NCBI GenBank assembly: GCA_000934665.2 | Contig: KZ539040.1 | Location: 1 to 36,026, forward strand | Source: Catajapyx aquilonaris | Taxonomy: Eukaryota | Length of the DNA: 36,026 nt | Direction of reading: 5' to 3' | Position numbers and translations under genes: made by a program | Part shown: positions 1-11,100 of the stretch, in pieces | Layout of the letters: each line of letters begins with the position of its first letter | How positions within the stretch are numbered: the stretch's first letter is position 1 | The notes under the pieces: generated by a model | Told to the model about the DNA's origin: nothing | The model's input: only the letters and a program-made list of their open reading frames with translations | Database searches by the model: none

Positions 1-141
1 GGGGGTAATCACTCGACTGAAAAGTGTACACTGGAGTACCAAATTCAAGGAGTACCACGGAGTAATAAAGAGTGAGGTGCCTGAGGAGTACCAGGGATAC
101 CACTCCCAGGTGTACACCGGAGTACCGAAGTGATTACCCCC
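1..141. mobile_element. Small MITE-like element with terminal inverted repeats (left end may be cut by the window edge)
   Basis: GGGGGTAATCACT (1-13) is the exact reverse complement of AGTGATTACCCCC (129-141). Internal GGAGTACC occurs four times and GTGTACACYGGAGTACC twice. Confidence 0.6.
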
Positions 142-766
142 TTGCTACGTGTACTGCAATCATTATTCTTGCCAACCTGCCCGTTGTTCTATTGTTTTCA
201 TTGTTGAATATGCAATGTTGATTTCATTTTAGAACGTGAGTGCGAGAGGCAGATCCATCATTTGGGCTTGTTGACAGCCAGGGTTGCTAGGCAATTGCTT
301 AATCTGCTGAAAACCCCCCTTAGACTCAAAAAAGTTCGGGTTTGGGACTTTTCTCGGGGTCAGTGATATGTAAGACATGGCTCTGCGAAATTTGAGCGCT
401 CTCCGTACCCGGGAAGTGGCTTAATTAGGCGTGATAAATAAATATATGTACACATTTTGAGCTTTATATATATAGGGATGTGCTAGAGCTGAACTTCCTC
501 CGTTTTAATGACACTGAGTTCGATTATATAAATCCTTTACTAAATAATAATCAAATAGTCTGCAGGTCATAATGGATCATATGATTACTACTAAAAATTA
601 CTTAGGTGTGGATAAGCATTGGTGCCCTATAGCAAGTAGCCTAATACCTAAGCGAGCTTTAAATATAGCGTAATCTGAAAAAGGGGGACGGAATATACAG
701 TGGTGTACACTGTACAGTGATTTGAAAATAATGCATGTTAATAAAAGTACACTTATTTATTTTCAG

Positions 767-1360
767 GCTCACCGTTATTTCCGTCATGTCGCCTGGGCTT
801 AGCCATGTTATTTTTCTTGGAGCAATTGAACACACAGACAACCAAAATTAATATGCCCTTCGCTCTTGTATGCATAATGAAATCGCATGAATCAAAGTCG
901 CCGAATTCCAATATGACTTCTACTACTGACGTCTACCATGAACCTGGAGAGTTCGAATTGAGCAAAGAACTGCAGAGCCAAATCATAGCCGCGTTTTTAT
1001 ACGGTTTTGTAGCTACGCAGATTATTGGTTCAATTGTCAGTCATCGCTTCAGTACAAAGATGATCCTCATATGCGGAACATTCCTGGCGAGCATTTTAGC
1101 CTTGACAATTCCTGCTGCAGCCCGCTTCAGTCCAGTACTCCTGATTGGCCTACGAATCTTGCAAGGATGTGCGCTAGGACTCACAAGTACCTGTGATGTG
1201 ATATTTATCAGCAGATGGGCTGCTCCAAACGAGAGAGCATTCCTTCTAGCTATTGTGTATGCTGGTATCAAAGTCGGCAGTGCGATTGGTAACCCATTAT
1301 CAGGATTTTTATGCAAATATGGATTTGATGGAGGATGGCCATCAATTTTTTACATCTCTG
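767..1360 (+). CDS. SLC17-family (sialin/VGLUT-like) MFS anion transporter, first identified coding exon; start codon probably in an upstream exon
   Basis: Acceptor TTTCAG at 761-766, donor GTATGT at 1361. Translation SCRLGLAML...EFELSKELQSQIIAAFLYGFVATQIIG...LRILQG...SRWAAPNERA...GGWPSIFYIS matches SLC17 N-terminal motifs. A possible start exon at 572-605 (weak GTGTGG donor, correct phase) is uncertain. Confidence 0.92.
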
Positions 1361-1413
1361 GTATGTATATTAGCCTGCAAAAGAGACGCGCGTTAACTCA
1401 ATAATTTATTCAG

Positions 1414-1565
1414 GTATCTTTGGAATCGCATTGAGCGTACTCATCAGATTCATAGTTTATGATTCACCGAAGGATCACCCAAGAATCTCAAGAGCAGAGC
1501 AGGTGTATTTATCTACCTTTAACCTACCAGAATCATCTGGAAGCAACCGTAGTAGTACGAGAGAG
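1414..1565 (+). CDS. SLC17 transporter exon (TM6 and central loop)
   Basis: Follows a 53-nt GT-AG intron (1361-1413) in matching phase. Translates GIFGIALSVLIRFIVYDSPKDHPRISRAEQVYL, matching the SLC17 YDSPxxHPRIS motif. The 3' end assumes a GC donor at 1566. Confidence 0.85.
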
Positions 1566-1801
1566 GCAAGTACTGTATACCATTTCCATAGATGAGATCC
1601 ATAGCGAGAATTAAAATTTCACAGAAAATGAACCATTGCTAGATGAAAAATGAGCACTTTTCACCAAAGCGCCGACACCATTGACTTTTGAGAAAATTCA
1701 ACACAGCGAGGGGTTGTACTGGTGACCCACTTGCACTTTCTGCTGGTCGCTTTTGATCCTCCAGATCGTGGTAGTACTTGAGCACAGGGACACGAGGGAA
1801 G

Positions 1802-1831
1802 ACTAAGAACTGAGAACTGAGAACTAAGAAC
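1802..1831 (+). repeat. Short 7-bp tandem repeat (ACTRAGA) x4 inside an intron
   Basis: actaaga actgaga actgaga actaaga ac, read directly. Confidence 0.75.
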
Positions 1832-2419
1832 ACTACTTTCATAGCAGGGCTCCTATATCGACCTGTGCAGCACATCTCCGAACCTAGTGCTTCGCACCCG
1901 CAGCTGTCTCGACGCACGTAAAAAGATACATGTAGTTATTCGGCCATCACGACTGAATACCGGTATGTCATTATCATCCCAAGTAAAACGTGGGCGAGAT
2001 GAATCTGTCAAATGCATACCACAGCTGATATACTAGAGTTGCAGAGGCCCGGGGGAAAAAAACCCTACTTTTTCATTGAAAAATGGAAAATTTAGGCTCT
2101 TTTTGTAAAGCCTGCATGTTTAATATTGACGATTATACATAAAGGAAATTTTTCATATTTTAACAAGTAAGCTTGCTGTTTAAAGAGTCACATTGGCTTA
2201 TTCGTTTTTATTCAACTAAAAAAACTTGATTAGAAACGGTATTTGTAGCGTACTCCAGGTCAAAATCGGTTTTGTGCTCTAAAGTAGGTCTACTGATAAC
2301 GTTTTAACTTTAATATTGAATAATTCCTATCCAAGTTTTCATAAAATTACAAAACTTATTCTTGAGTCACATCTATACTGCACATCAAAACTTTGTAACA
2401 TATCGTACATTATTTTCAG

Positions 2420-2702
2420 AATGCGGCGGTACCATGGCTAGCCATATTGACGTCCACACCCGTATTAGCTGTTGTTTTTACACATATATGCAATTTCTGG
2501 GGAATATATACTCTTTTGCTCAATTTACCAATGTTCCTGAACGACGTTATGAACCTAAGCATTGAAAGCAACGGCCTTCTCTCTGGACTTCCTTTCATGG
2601 CGATACTGTTCTGTCAGCTTTTTGTTGGAAAAATATTTGACTACTTAAGGGGTAAACATATATGCAACTTAACATTATTGCGAAAAATATTCAACACTAT
2701 AG
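2420..2702 (+). CDS. SLC17 transporter exon
   Basis: Acceptor TTTTCAG ending 2419, donor GTAAGT at 2703. Translates NAAVPWLAILTSTPVLAV...FWGIYTLLLNLPMFL...NGLLSGLPF...LRKIFNTIG. Confidence 0.92.
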
Positions 2703-2769
2703 GTAAGTGCTATTATAAATCCATTGTTTGAATAATATTACTTTGCTATTCAATTTCTTAAACATCTAG

Positions 2770-3020
2770 GCTTCGTGATATCTTCCATTTCTATGATTGT
2801 TGTGGCTTCCATGTCGTACTCGTATACCGAAACATACTTGCCTGTTGTTGTCATGGCTGTATCAGAAGCATTTGGTGCTGTTGCAACTACGGGCGGATAC
2901 TTTTACAGCACTATTGACATGGCGCCACGCTTTTCCGGAGTCTTATACGGAATTGCCAATACATTCGGCCAAGCCACCGGATTTCTATCTTCAACGGTCG
3001 TAGGGGCTATGACACCTAAC
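2770..3020 (+). CDS. SLC17 transporter exon
   Basis: Follows a 67-nt intron; donor GTAAGT at 3021. Contains DMAPRFSGVLYGIANTFG, the SLC17 DIAPxYAG..G..NT motif. Confidence 0.92.
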
Positions 3021-3090
3021 GTAAGTTGAACGCTTTACTTCTTTATACCCCGTCGACACCATATAATGATGTGATGATAATGACTTGCAG

Positions 3091-3345
3091 GGTACTAGAG
3101 AAGAATGGCGACACGTATTCTACATGACAGCTGGAATATATTTTACGGCCGCCGTTGTTTACCTCATTTTTGGCAGTTCCAAATTGCAAAATTGGGCACA
3201 GAATGACATGGGAGAAGATCCAGAAAGAGGGCAAATATGTAACAAGCACACACAACCTGAGGTTATTCCATCTACGGCAGTGGTTCCCAACCTGGGGGTG
3301 GCGACCCCCCAAGGGGCATATGGAGCAGGTCCAGGGGGGCCGTGA
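3091..3345 (+). CDS. SLC17 transporter terminal coding exon
   Basis: Follows a 70-nt intron with acceptor TTGCAG. Translates GTREEWRHVFYMTAGIY...YLIFGSSKLQNWA; stop TGA at 3343-3345. Confidence 0.88.
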   Translation, partial: GTREEWRHVFYMTAGIYFTAAVVYLIFGSSKLQNWAQNDMGEDPERGQICNKHTQPEVIPSTAVVPNLGVATPQGAYGAGPGGP

Positions 3346-3350
3346 GAGGA
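3278..3350 (+). mobile_element. hAT-like (Charlie/MER-type) MITE left end overlapping the SLC17 C-terminus
   Basis: CAGTGGTTCCCAACCTGGGGGTGGCGACCCC resembles common hAT non-autonomous termini, and GC content jumps abruptly here. No matching right TIR was found. Confidence 0.55.
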
Positions 3351-3368
3351 ATTCTACCATTTGGTGTT

Positions 3369-3452
3369 TAGTGTAAACCTTCTAGAAGTCGAATCTCCAT
3401 GGGACCGGAAAAAAACGTTGAGATATAGAAGATTCGAGTTAGAGAAGTTTGG
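3369..3452 (+). mobile_element. Degenerate Tc1/mariner-pogo-type MITE end
   Basis: AAACCTTCTAGAAGTCGAATCTCCATGGGACCGG...TTCGAGTTAGAGAAGTTT resembles AAACCTCGATAANTCGAA..GGGACCG..TTCGAGTTA termini of Tigger-like MITEs, recognised from memory. Confidence 0.4.
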
Positions 3453-6400
3453 AATTTTTAAACCACATAAACTCTATAAGGAAGCCTCTATACCTTTATA
3501 ATTCTACGCCAAAAGAAACAATGGAAAATGGACTGATGGTAGGCTTGGGAGTTTCCAGTTCGCACGCTTTTCAATGAGAAGTTTCAATGGGAAGTATGTC
3601 CTTTACTATTAACGAATGCAAAATGATTCTGCGCCTAACATTAAAAAGACTCATACCATCATTGAAATTGTCTAAGTAGCTCTGGAGTCTAGCTGAAAAC
3701 GTAGCACTCTCTAATACCTAGAAGATATAAATAAATAAACATCCAATCAGATGAAATGATGAAGGACAAAATGTCAAGGACAAAAATACTTACTACGTTG
3801 AAAATATTTTCGAGGATGCAAAATAATACAGTATGCTGTCGCAGGGCATTAGTCTGATGTCTCCACATTTACTTGCCCTTTACTTACTCGACATTCTGTA
3901 TTTTTAGCATTACCATATATTTTGTGATGTATGGTGTATATACCAGTATAGTTACGTTATTCTGGTAGGGTGCTTCGCCATTACTAACGTCTATCACTTC
4001 GACTACGGCAGTTGTCTAGAAACTGTACTTCCCATCAGATTGCCAGAGATCCCGGCACAATATTATTTAAAAGGTTACCCCTATCCCTCCCACCAGGTGA
4101 ACAGACCAAGTGGTCATTCGGACTGACCATGCCAGCTGTACTGTATCAGGGATGGGGCCAAGGATAGGGAAGGAAGAAAGCGGCTGTGGCCTATTTACGT
4201 ACATGAATATACTGATAGGCACATTTTATATGCACAATGGTGGTGGTAGACTGATAATGAATTATTAATTGAATCTTTAATTTTCTCATCACCACGATTC
4301 TCAGGGATGGGAGGAAAGAGAAGAACATTGGCCTCGGAGAAGTCTTTCCAACAATATCATTGCAATGGCACGGGAGAAATGAGAGAGATGTTCAGACAAA
4401 ACGTGATCAAGTGCGACTGTGAATGAACAGTTTTTTTTAAATGTATGATTTTGCTGAGCCTGGTTGCACAATCGATAATAAATGAAAATTGCATACTGAT
4501 AATATTTATTAAATATTTGCAACAATTACCACTAGTAATAAAATAATCGCCCATCTGTTTTTCATGAGTTTACTATCAATTCTGCAATACTGATCACATA
4601 AGAAGACGCAAGTTTCAGAGCATGCAGTGCAGGCTATGCTGTCTTATTTCGTGAAAAAGTATGGCAAAATCACTGGAAAACGACCATCCTATACAACCGC
4701 AAGTCGAACAACCGATTTACTAGTAGGGTACAGTATTAATTTAAAAAAAATCACATATCTCGCACCCATTAGCAATGCAATATTATATACGACCGTACGA
4801 GTCGTACCATGATATTCCCTGTACGTCGTGTGCAGGGTGGTGCACTGCCACAGCCTCTAGTCTAGTTCAATTATTGGGAAGGGGGGGTAGGGCGCAGGGG
4901 AAAGTTATGAATTGTTTATCCCAGCAACCAGTTTCAAACAGGCCATGATTGTTGCTTCGCACTAAACGGATTGCTGGAATTAACAACTCTGGGGACTTGG
5001 GTGATGCACAACCCTGCTGGTTTTTGAAGGTAAACAACGCTATTATGAAAGCTAGAGGTGATAATACAGTACTTTGGGTAATAGACTATTGTAAAGCGAA
5101 AGTATGTGGCAATGATCATACATTTTTGGACCGAAAGTACATAAAAGTAATGCTTGTCAATATCATTGTTATTATTTTATTATGTGCTCAACCTGAAGGC
5201 TACAAGATTATTTGGTCAGAAGTTGGTATTGCTCATTTTGCGGCCGGTCTAAAATTAAACTCGCTGAAAACGGATGAGTGTAATGATATTCGAAGGTCGA
5301 TACTGTACAACTTGAATACTGTACTCAGATAAGACCCATTTTCTCTTCATCTAACGATTCGAAAAATATCATATCGATATTATTTTATCGTTGGTATATA
5401 TGCTGTACTGATTTTTTTTTAAACCCGGCCACTGGCACCTGGATGGGGCTATACAATCAGCAGCAGGATGATAAGGTGAAAAACTGTGCCCAATGTTGCA
5501 TGGCACTAGAATCGTCTGTCTGTCCTAAACTTATTATTTTCGATATCGACAGATAGCATCAGGCAGTACAATTACAAGGGACCCTTAAGTTTAATAATTA
5601 CCATAGTGAATGCTTAAGTGGAGATATTAAAAACATTGACGAATGTAAATTTGGTATAATTATGCAATAATTAAGGTTACTCAAACCACTTGATTGGGAA
5701 ACACATGCTATATTGGAGGATTTTGGTTTTTTGACAAAATGAATGCCCATTATGAGTTACAAATGACCTAAGGAACATGAAATAGGAATGAATTTCCATG
5801 GACAAATATCGCATTGCATAGTGCTATCAAGAATATCATTCTGGGAGAATCATTTACAAGATAAGTTATAATAAGAATATTACGTAGTATTACTCTCATA
5901 CGCTAATGTGACTTACCTGTTCCGCCAAGATGTCGATGGTTTCGCTACTTGAAGAAGTCGCAATGCCACATGGATGTGGCTTTTCGGGGATGTTTTTTTC
6001 TATTTAGACCTGCATCAACCTTTTCCTGGAAGTGTATGAATTTGGATATTGCCATCTTGCTGTTTAGGTGAATCCAAATGATTCATATATCTGACTTGTG
6101 AGGAGAATCCAAGACTAACTACGCATCGGTGCTGGTATAGGTATGGGAGGAGCGTGTATACTGTAGGCCTAACCTTCTATAAAGTAAGCAATGACCTAAT
6201 CTTCTGCATTAGCATATAGCTTTGTTTTGATAAGTACCACTGTGTGAACATCCTGGTCCAACTTGAGAGTTCAAGTGACAGCTCCTCTAGACTTGAAAAT
6301 TCAAACAAAGTAAGTGAATCGAGGCATAGACTTCGCCCAACGGCTCGCGGCTTCTGCTCACACCTTTGTAGAGATCAAAGGGGGAACAACTTCAGAGATT

Positions 6401-7169
6401 ACAGTATGCTACAGCAATGGGCGTGTTAAGGAAGTTCGCTGTTTCTCACGTAATGATCTAGTTCACTACGGGGTACATTATCGGAGCCACTGAGTAGCGT
6501 AATTGGGGTTGCATTACAATAGTTTGAGTTCCTCCTCCTTCTTAGCAACTTGTTATTTGCTTTGAACTTGCTCTATTTTAGAACAACATGATTATGTGCT
6601 AGTGAAAGGGTAATTTAAATGAATGTGAGGCAGTCGACCCCATGCTGACATATTTGCCAAGAGTTACGTGATGAAAATTGTCCGGAATTAGGATGGATCT
6701 CATTTACCCTATTCAGGAAATTTGGTCTCCATCAGAGAAAGATGAAGCAGAACTTAATTTGTTTACCCCTATCCAAGTATTTTGGGCCCAAGAAGAATAA
6801 AGAGTGCAGATTGGTTGATGACGCACATGGACTAAGTAGTTTATTCCGTATACCTATACAGGCCGCCTCCTGATGTCGCCAATCATCCTGTGCTATTCAC
6901 GCATTGCCGTCATTTGCGTCACGTATTTTCTGTGTGGTATAGTTTTTTCCCCTTCCAATACTAACACCACTTTATGGATCTCTTGGCAGCTATACATTTG
7001 ATTGATGATGCAGATGAGAGCCACCAGAAGCATCAGGAATTTTCATCCGATAACTTATTTATTTTCGACCATCCCCGCTCTAGATGTTACGGCTTGTATA
7101 CTGTACTTATTATACTTGGAATAATTACAAACGAGAATATTCTGCTCTCTTTTCTGCCAGCATGGATAA

Positions 7170-8105
7170 CACTGGTCAACAGCTACAACGGCGATAAAAT
7201 GAATCAAATCCTCTTGTGCTGAATGTTAATATGACAGTTAAAAAGCATAATAAATTAGCTCTAATTTCAATACAACATAGTTTTCCCCAAGTTATACGTA
7301 TGAGTTTTTATAATATTGAGCTCATTTTCGTATCAGGCTTGGTCAGTGTGGCGACCCAGCAAAGGTTTTGTGTTGAGTTATTATAAAGACTGTTTAGACG
7401 ACGGCTTCCTATGTTGTGAATCAATTTGATCCAAGCATTTTCAGAGCAAAATGAGAGTTTATCATGATAGTATTAGACTACAGTGTTGTACAAAAAGAAT
7501 TATTGTGAGTGATTTCCTCTCAGCTTACCAAAGGTTAGACTGCAACGTATCGCCGAAGATTAACTTTCTACATTCGCATTTGTACTTTTCCCCCCGTATA
7601 ACTGTTGTGCAGTTAGTAACGAACAATGTGAAAGGTTCCGTCAAGACAAAGTCATATTATTGGAGATGGACAGCAGACACCAAGTATGAGATGCAGAACT
7701 GCAATGTAGCAGACTGCTGCTTTACTGTGATAAGTGATGCCCCATTATGTTAAGTACAAGTCGTCGCAGGCTAATAAGAAACAATAATTACTTTGTAAAT
7801 GCCAATATTGTTCTTTTTTATGGAAATCCTTAGAATGTTTTTAGTTGAGTTTAACTATTTGTTAAATGCAACTTCTGGCGAGCACTGCTTTAAAACTCTC
7901 TTATAGTGCTACAGTTCTGCTATACAGTATAAGTTATACACACTGTAGGCTACATTAAACGTATACAATATCATGAATTTATTTTCAGTACTGGAGTTCA
8001 TTATATTTAAAGTCATTTTTGTAATATTACAAGTACAACATCACAACAGATAGTAAAATTAATGAATAAACCCGCTAACAAAAAGTTGAAATTTCTTGCC
8101 CAGTG
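7170..8105 (+). mobile_element. Internally deleted Chapaev3-like (CMC superfamily) DNA transposon
   Basis: Left end TAA|CACTGGTCAA and right end TTGCCCAGTG|TAA: 9/10 inverted match with a 3-bp TAA TSD. Contains a transposase C-terminal remnant. Confidence 0.8.
7500..7745 (+). pseudogene. Frameshifted Chapaev3-type transposase C-terminal fragment
   Basis: FLSAYQRLDCNVSPKINFLHSHLYF, then after a frameshift NCCAVSNEQCERFRQD, and later VADCCFTVISD. These match the family consensus LGCNMSLKIHFLHSHLDFF..NLGAVSDEHGERFHQD..MADYCW. Confidence 0.8.
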
Positions 8106-11100
8106 TAATAATTGACATTTATATTTTTAACATACAACAGTTCAAGGGCTGCCGAGTACCAAGTAAAATGTCAATATCCAGTAAATATCAGGAGAGGTCT
8201 TTATTAAGAACCTACATAATCTGAAGAGAACAAATGCAGCAAACGTTGAGAGCTACAAAACAGGCGGAATGCATGAGTTTTTTCCCTCGAAAAAGGTACC
8301 TTTTCAGAGGATTGTTTCAGGTATATATGTTAAAATATCTGTGATTTTTAAATGACTCATTTATCAAATAATAATTGCTCCTAAATCACGGTGGAGTGTT
8401 TTGCACTCCTACAGGATAGATTTGGCACCCAATCAGTTGCAACTAGAGACAATATGTGATGACTTTTATGTGAGCAAACCTGAAACACTGTTCTTCACGC
8501 GATGCACCATTCATCACCAGATTATAATTTACAAAGCAAAATAGGATAGACATGCATGACTCCCTTATTTGCCTTTCCCGGCTGAAAATGGCCCCTGGGA
8601 TGCTTGCATATTATCCCTGATGTTTGCTTCATAAATGTGTGGTTTTGGGTGAAATTCAGGTAGGTACGTGCTGTGCTATCCCACTAAAATAACAAGCCCA
8701 TGTTCAAATTCCCTGTTTTATTTACAAAGAAGTTCGTACGAACTCTCTGGAACTGCCTTGTGTTATACACAATCATGGCCTTTTGCAGTTCCTGTATGCA
8801 CGTGTGTATGTCAATTCACACGAGCTTTTTTCTCCTTCATACATGAATTCCCAGGCTCCAAACTGATCACACTGCCTTTGTTCGAGGGCGATAATTGGTC
8901 AAACATGGGATACTCTGTTGAACTTTATGGAATCGAGTTTCGGTGGTTGGAATTTTGGTGGTCCCTAGAGTTACTTAGTTTCGACTTTAATTAACTGGGA
9001 AATGCGGGTTTAATGGATCGCTTTAGGTGAGGCAAAAAAAACTAGAAATTATACTGCGCGAATGAGCTATAGGAATGACAAATTGTATAATGTGCTGCAC
9101 TTTTGTGCCCGAAAAAGGTTTCGCACTACATGACAAGTTTAATTTGTTTTACCTCCCGTATATACGAGTAATGTGTCAGTTTCGAGATGCCATGTTTCAA
9201 AACTGAAATGATTCAAGTTGTACAGCGCTAAAGGCCTCACATTCGCGCGTGATAATTACACAAGTATCATACATATGTTTTAAAAGCTTATAGTCTTTGC
9301 AGTACTTTATTTTTTATTTTTTGCAAATGTGAATACTTGTCATACAGGATTACCTGTCATAATGACTATGTAAATGCAGATAACTTGATCAATATTCATG
9401 GTGAAGAATTAGGAAAGAGCATGAACACGTCCAATTGAGATAAGTCCACTTTGTATCTTTTTTATATTGCACTTGTCAGGAGGACTTCCAGTATGCGCGA
9501 CATAAATCAGTTGAAAAAACCTCCCAACTCACTGAAGTGCCAAAACTAATAATTTTGGCCTATCTTAATGGGAGCCTATGGCATGTATATGCACATAGGC
9601 TCTTCTTTTCGTGACAATCATCTACAACATTGCTGATGCCATAAATGTCAGAATGCAACAGGGCGTAAATACCAAATTATGGTATTTTATAGCCTGCATC
9701 CTAACACCTATGCCATCCTAAGAGCACTGCAGCCTTTGCATGCCAAAATGTAATTAATAATTATCGATAATTATAGAACGAAATTGATTTTTGACGCATA
9801 CACTTCATGATCCTTCACCTTCAAAAGGGTAAACTGACCTTCACATTTCTAGCAGGCCGACAAAGATAAATTCCCCACACCGCACCGTATAGCGTTAATC
9901 TGGCAAATGGAAATAATGAATGAGAAATACAGGCGGTTAAAATGTTCCGGACTGTATTACTTATACGCACGTGGTTAATATAATGACAAATGCTCGCATT
10001 AAATTTAAATTTATATTAGAAATTATCGTATCACGAGGCTAGGGGAGTTTACCGTGGACCACAGCAAAGGACGCAACATCGTACTGTGCCTTCACATCAA
10101 AAGCAATAAAATTAACCAAGTTACCTCAACTCACGTCGACGAGGGACAGGTTGCATTTTTTTTATACAGCGTTGAGATCAGAACGCGCATAACGAGATTA
10201 TTACACTAAAAATCATGCAACGACTAGTAACAAGCACCGGAGAAACAACACAACATAAACTATATATCGACATGGTTTGTTTGTCGTTGGCCTGGAAATA
10301 CTGCCTGCAAACACGCAGCCCCCGAATGATCGAAATCCACTGACGACAGCACATTGTGCTCCACTTAGTCAAACAGTTTATCTATAATCGGCAAAATTGG
10401 CATCAACAAGTCTGTCAACACCGGCAGACAGAGTTGAACCAAGAGCCATCTGCAATATTTTACCTGCACTTTAAACGAACCCAATTCAAGTGGGAAACAC
10501 ATCGGAGTTCTGGCAGGAGGGCGGGGTTAAAAAAAAAAATGAAGTGCAGAAGAGCAAATTTGAGATGATGGGACTCGTGGCGCAATTCCAGCAGTGGGTT
10601 AATTGCCAAAAACGCAGCTTGAAAAGCTAGGGACGGAACATTTTTTCCCACATTAATCAGGTTGTGAGCAACGTCAAAGCTGCTTTTGTTCTCTTAATTG
10701 CGCGCCTTAGTCCGCTGACGGACGGTCGGGAGTTAAATGCTAGCGCATAAGCGTTCGTTGGCTTCTAAGGGGCAGTCTATGAATTACGTACCATGACGAT
10801 GTAAAGGTAAACTCGCAATTAGCGTTGTTGCTCGTTTCATGACTCGCTATTTTTATTACACGCCTCGTTTTTTGATGCCAACTTTAAAAGGCAGTGTTCA
10901 AGGATTGGTTTCACCGATGCGATCATTTGTAGTGTAGGATGCTGATAATGTTACTGGTCAAATGTGAAACTCAGTGTCTGAAATTAATATCTGTGTGAAA
11001 ATCTGTGTTTGTCGGTTTGATGTACGATCCGCAATAAAAGTGTGCAAAAATTATATGTATAGTTTACTATACATGTAGGTGCGAATGATGTCGAGTAATT

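Noticed and set aside
320..478. Possible Helitron/DINE-like end (TTTTGAGCTTTATATATATAG)
   Set aside because: Resemblance from memory only; boundaries and diagnostic hairpins could not be established.
4949..5332. 127-aa plus-strand ORF
   Set aside because: No recognisable motifs or convincing splice context on either strand.
5918..6060. Minus-strand exon-like segment ending in CAG|GTAAGT
   Set aside because: The frame from the nearby ATG stops before the donor, with no recognisable protein or partner exon.
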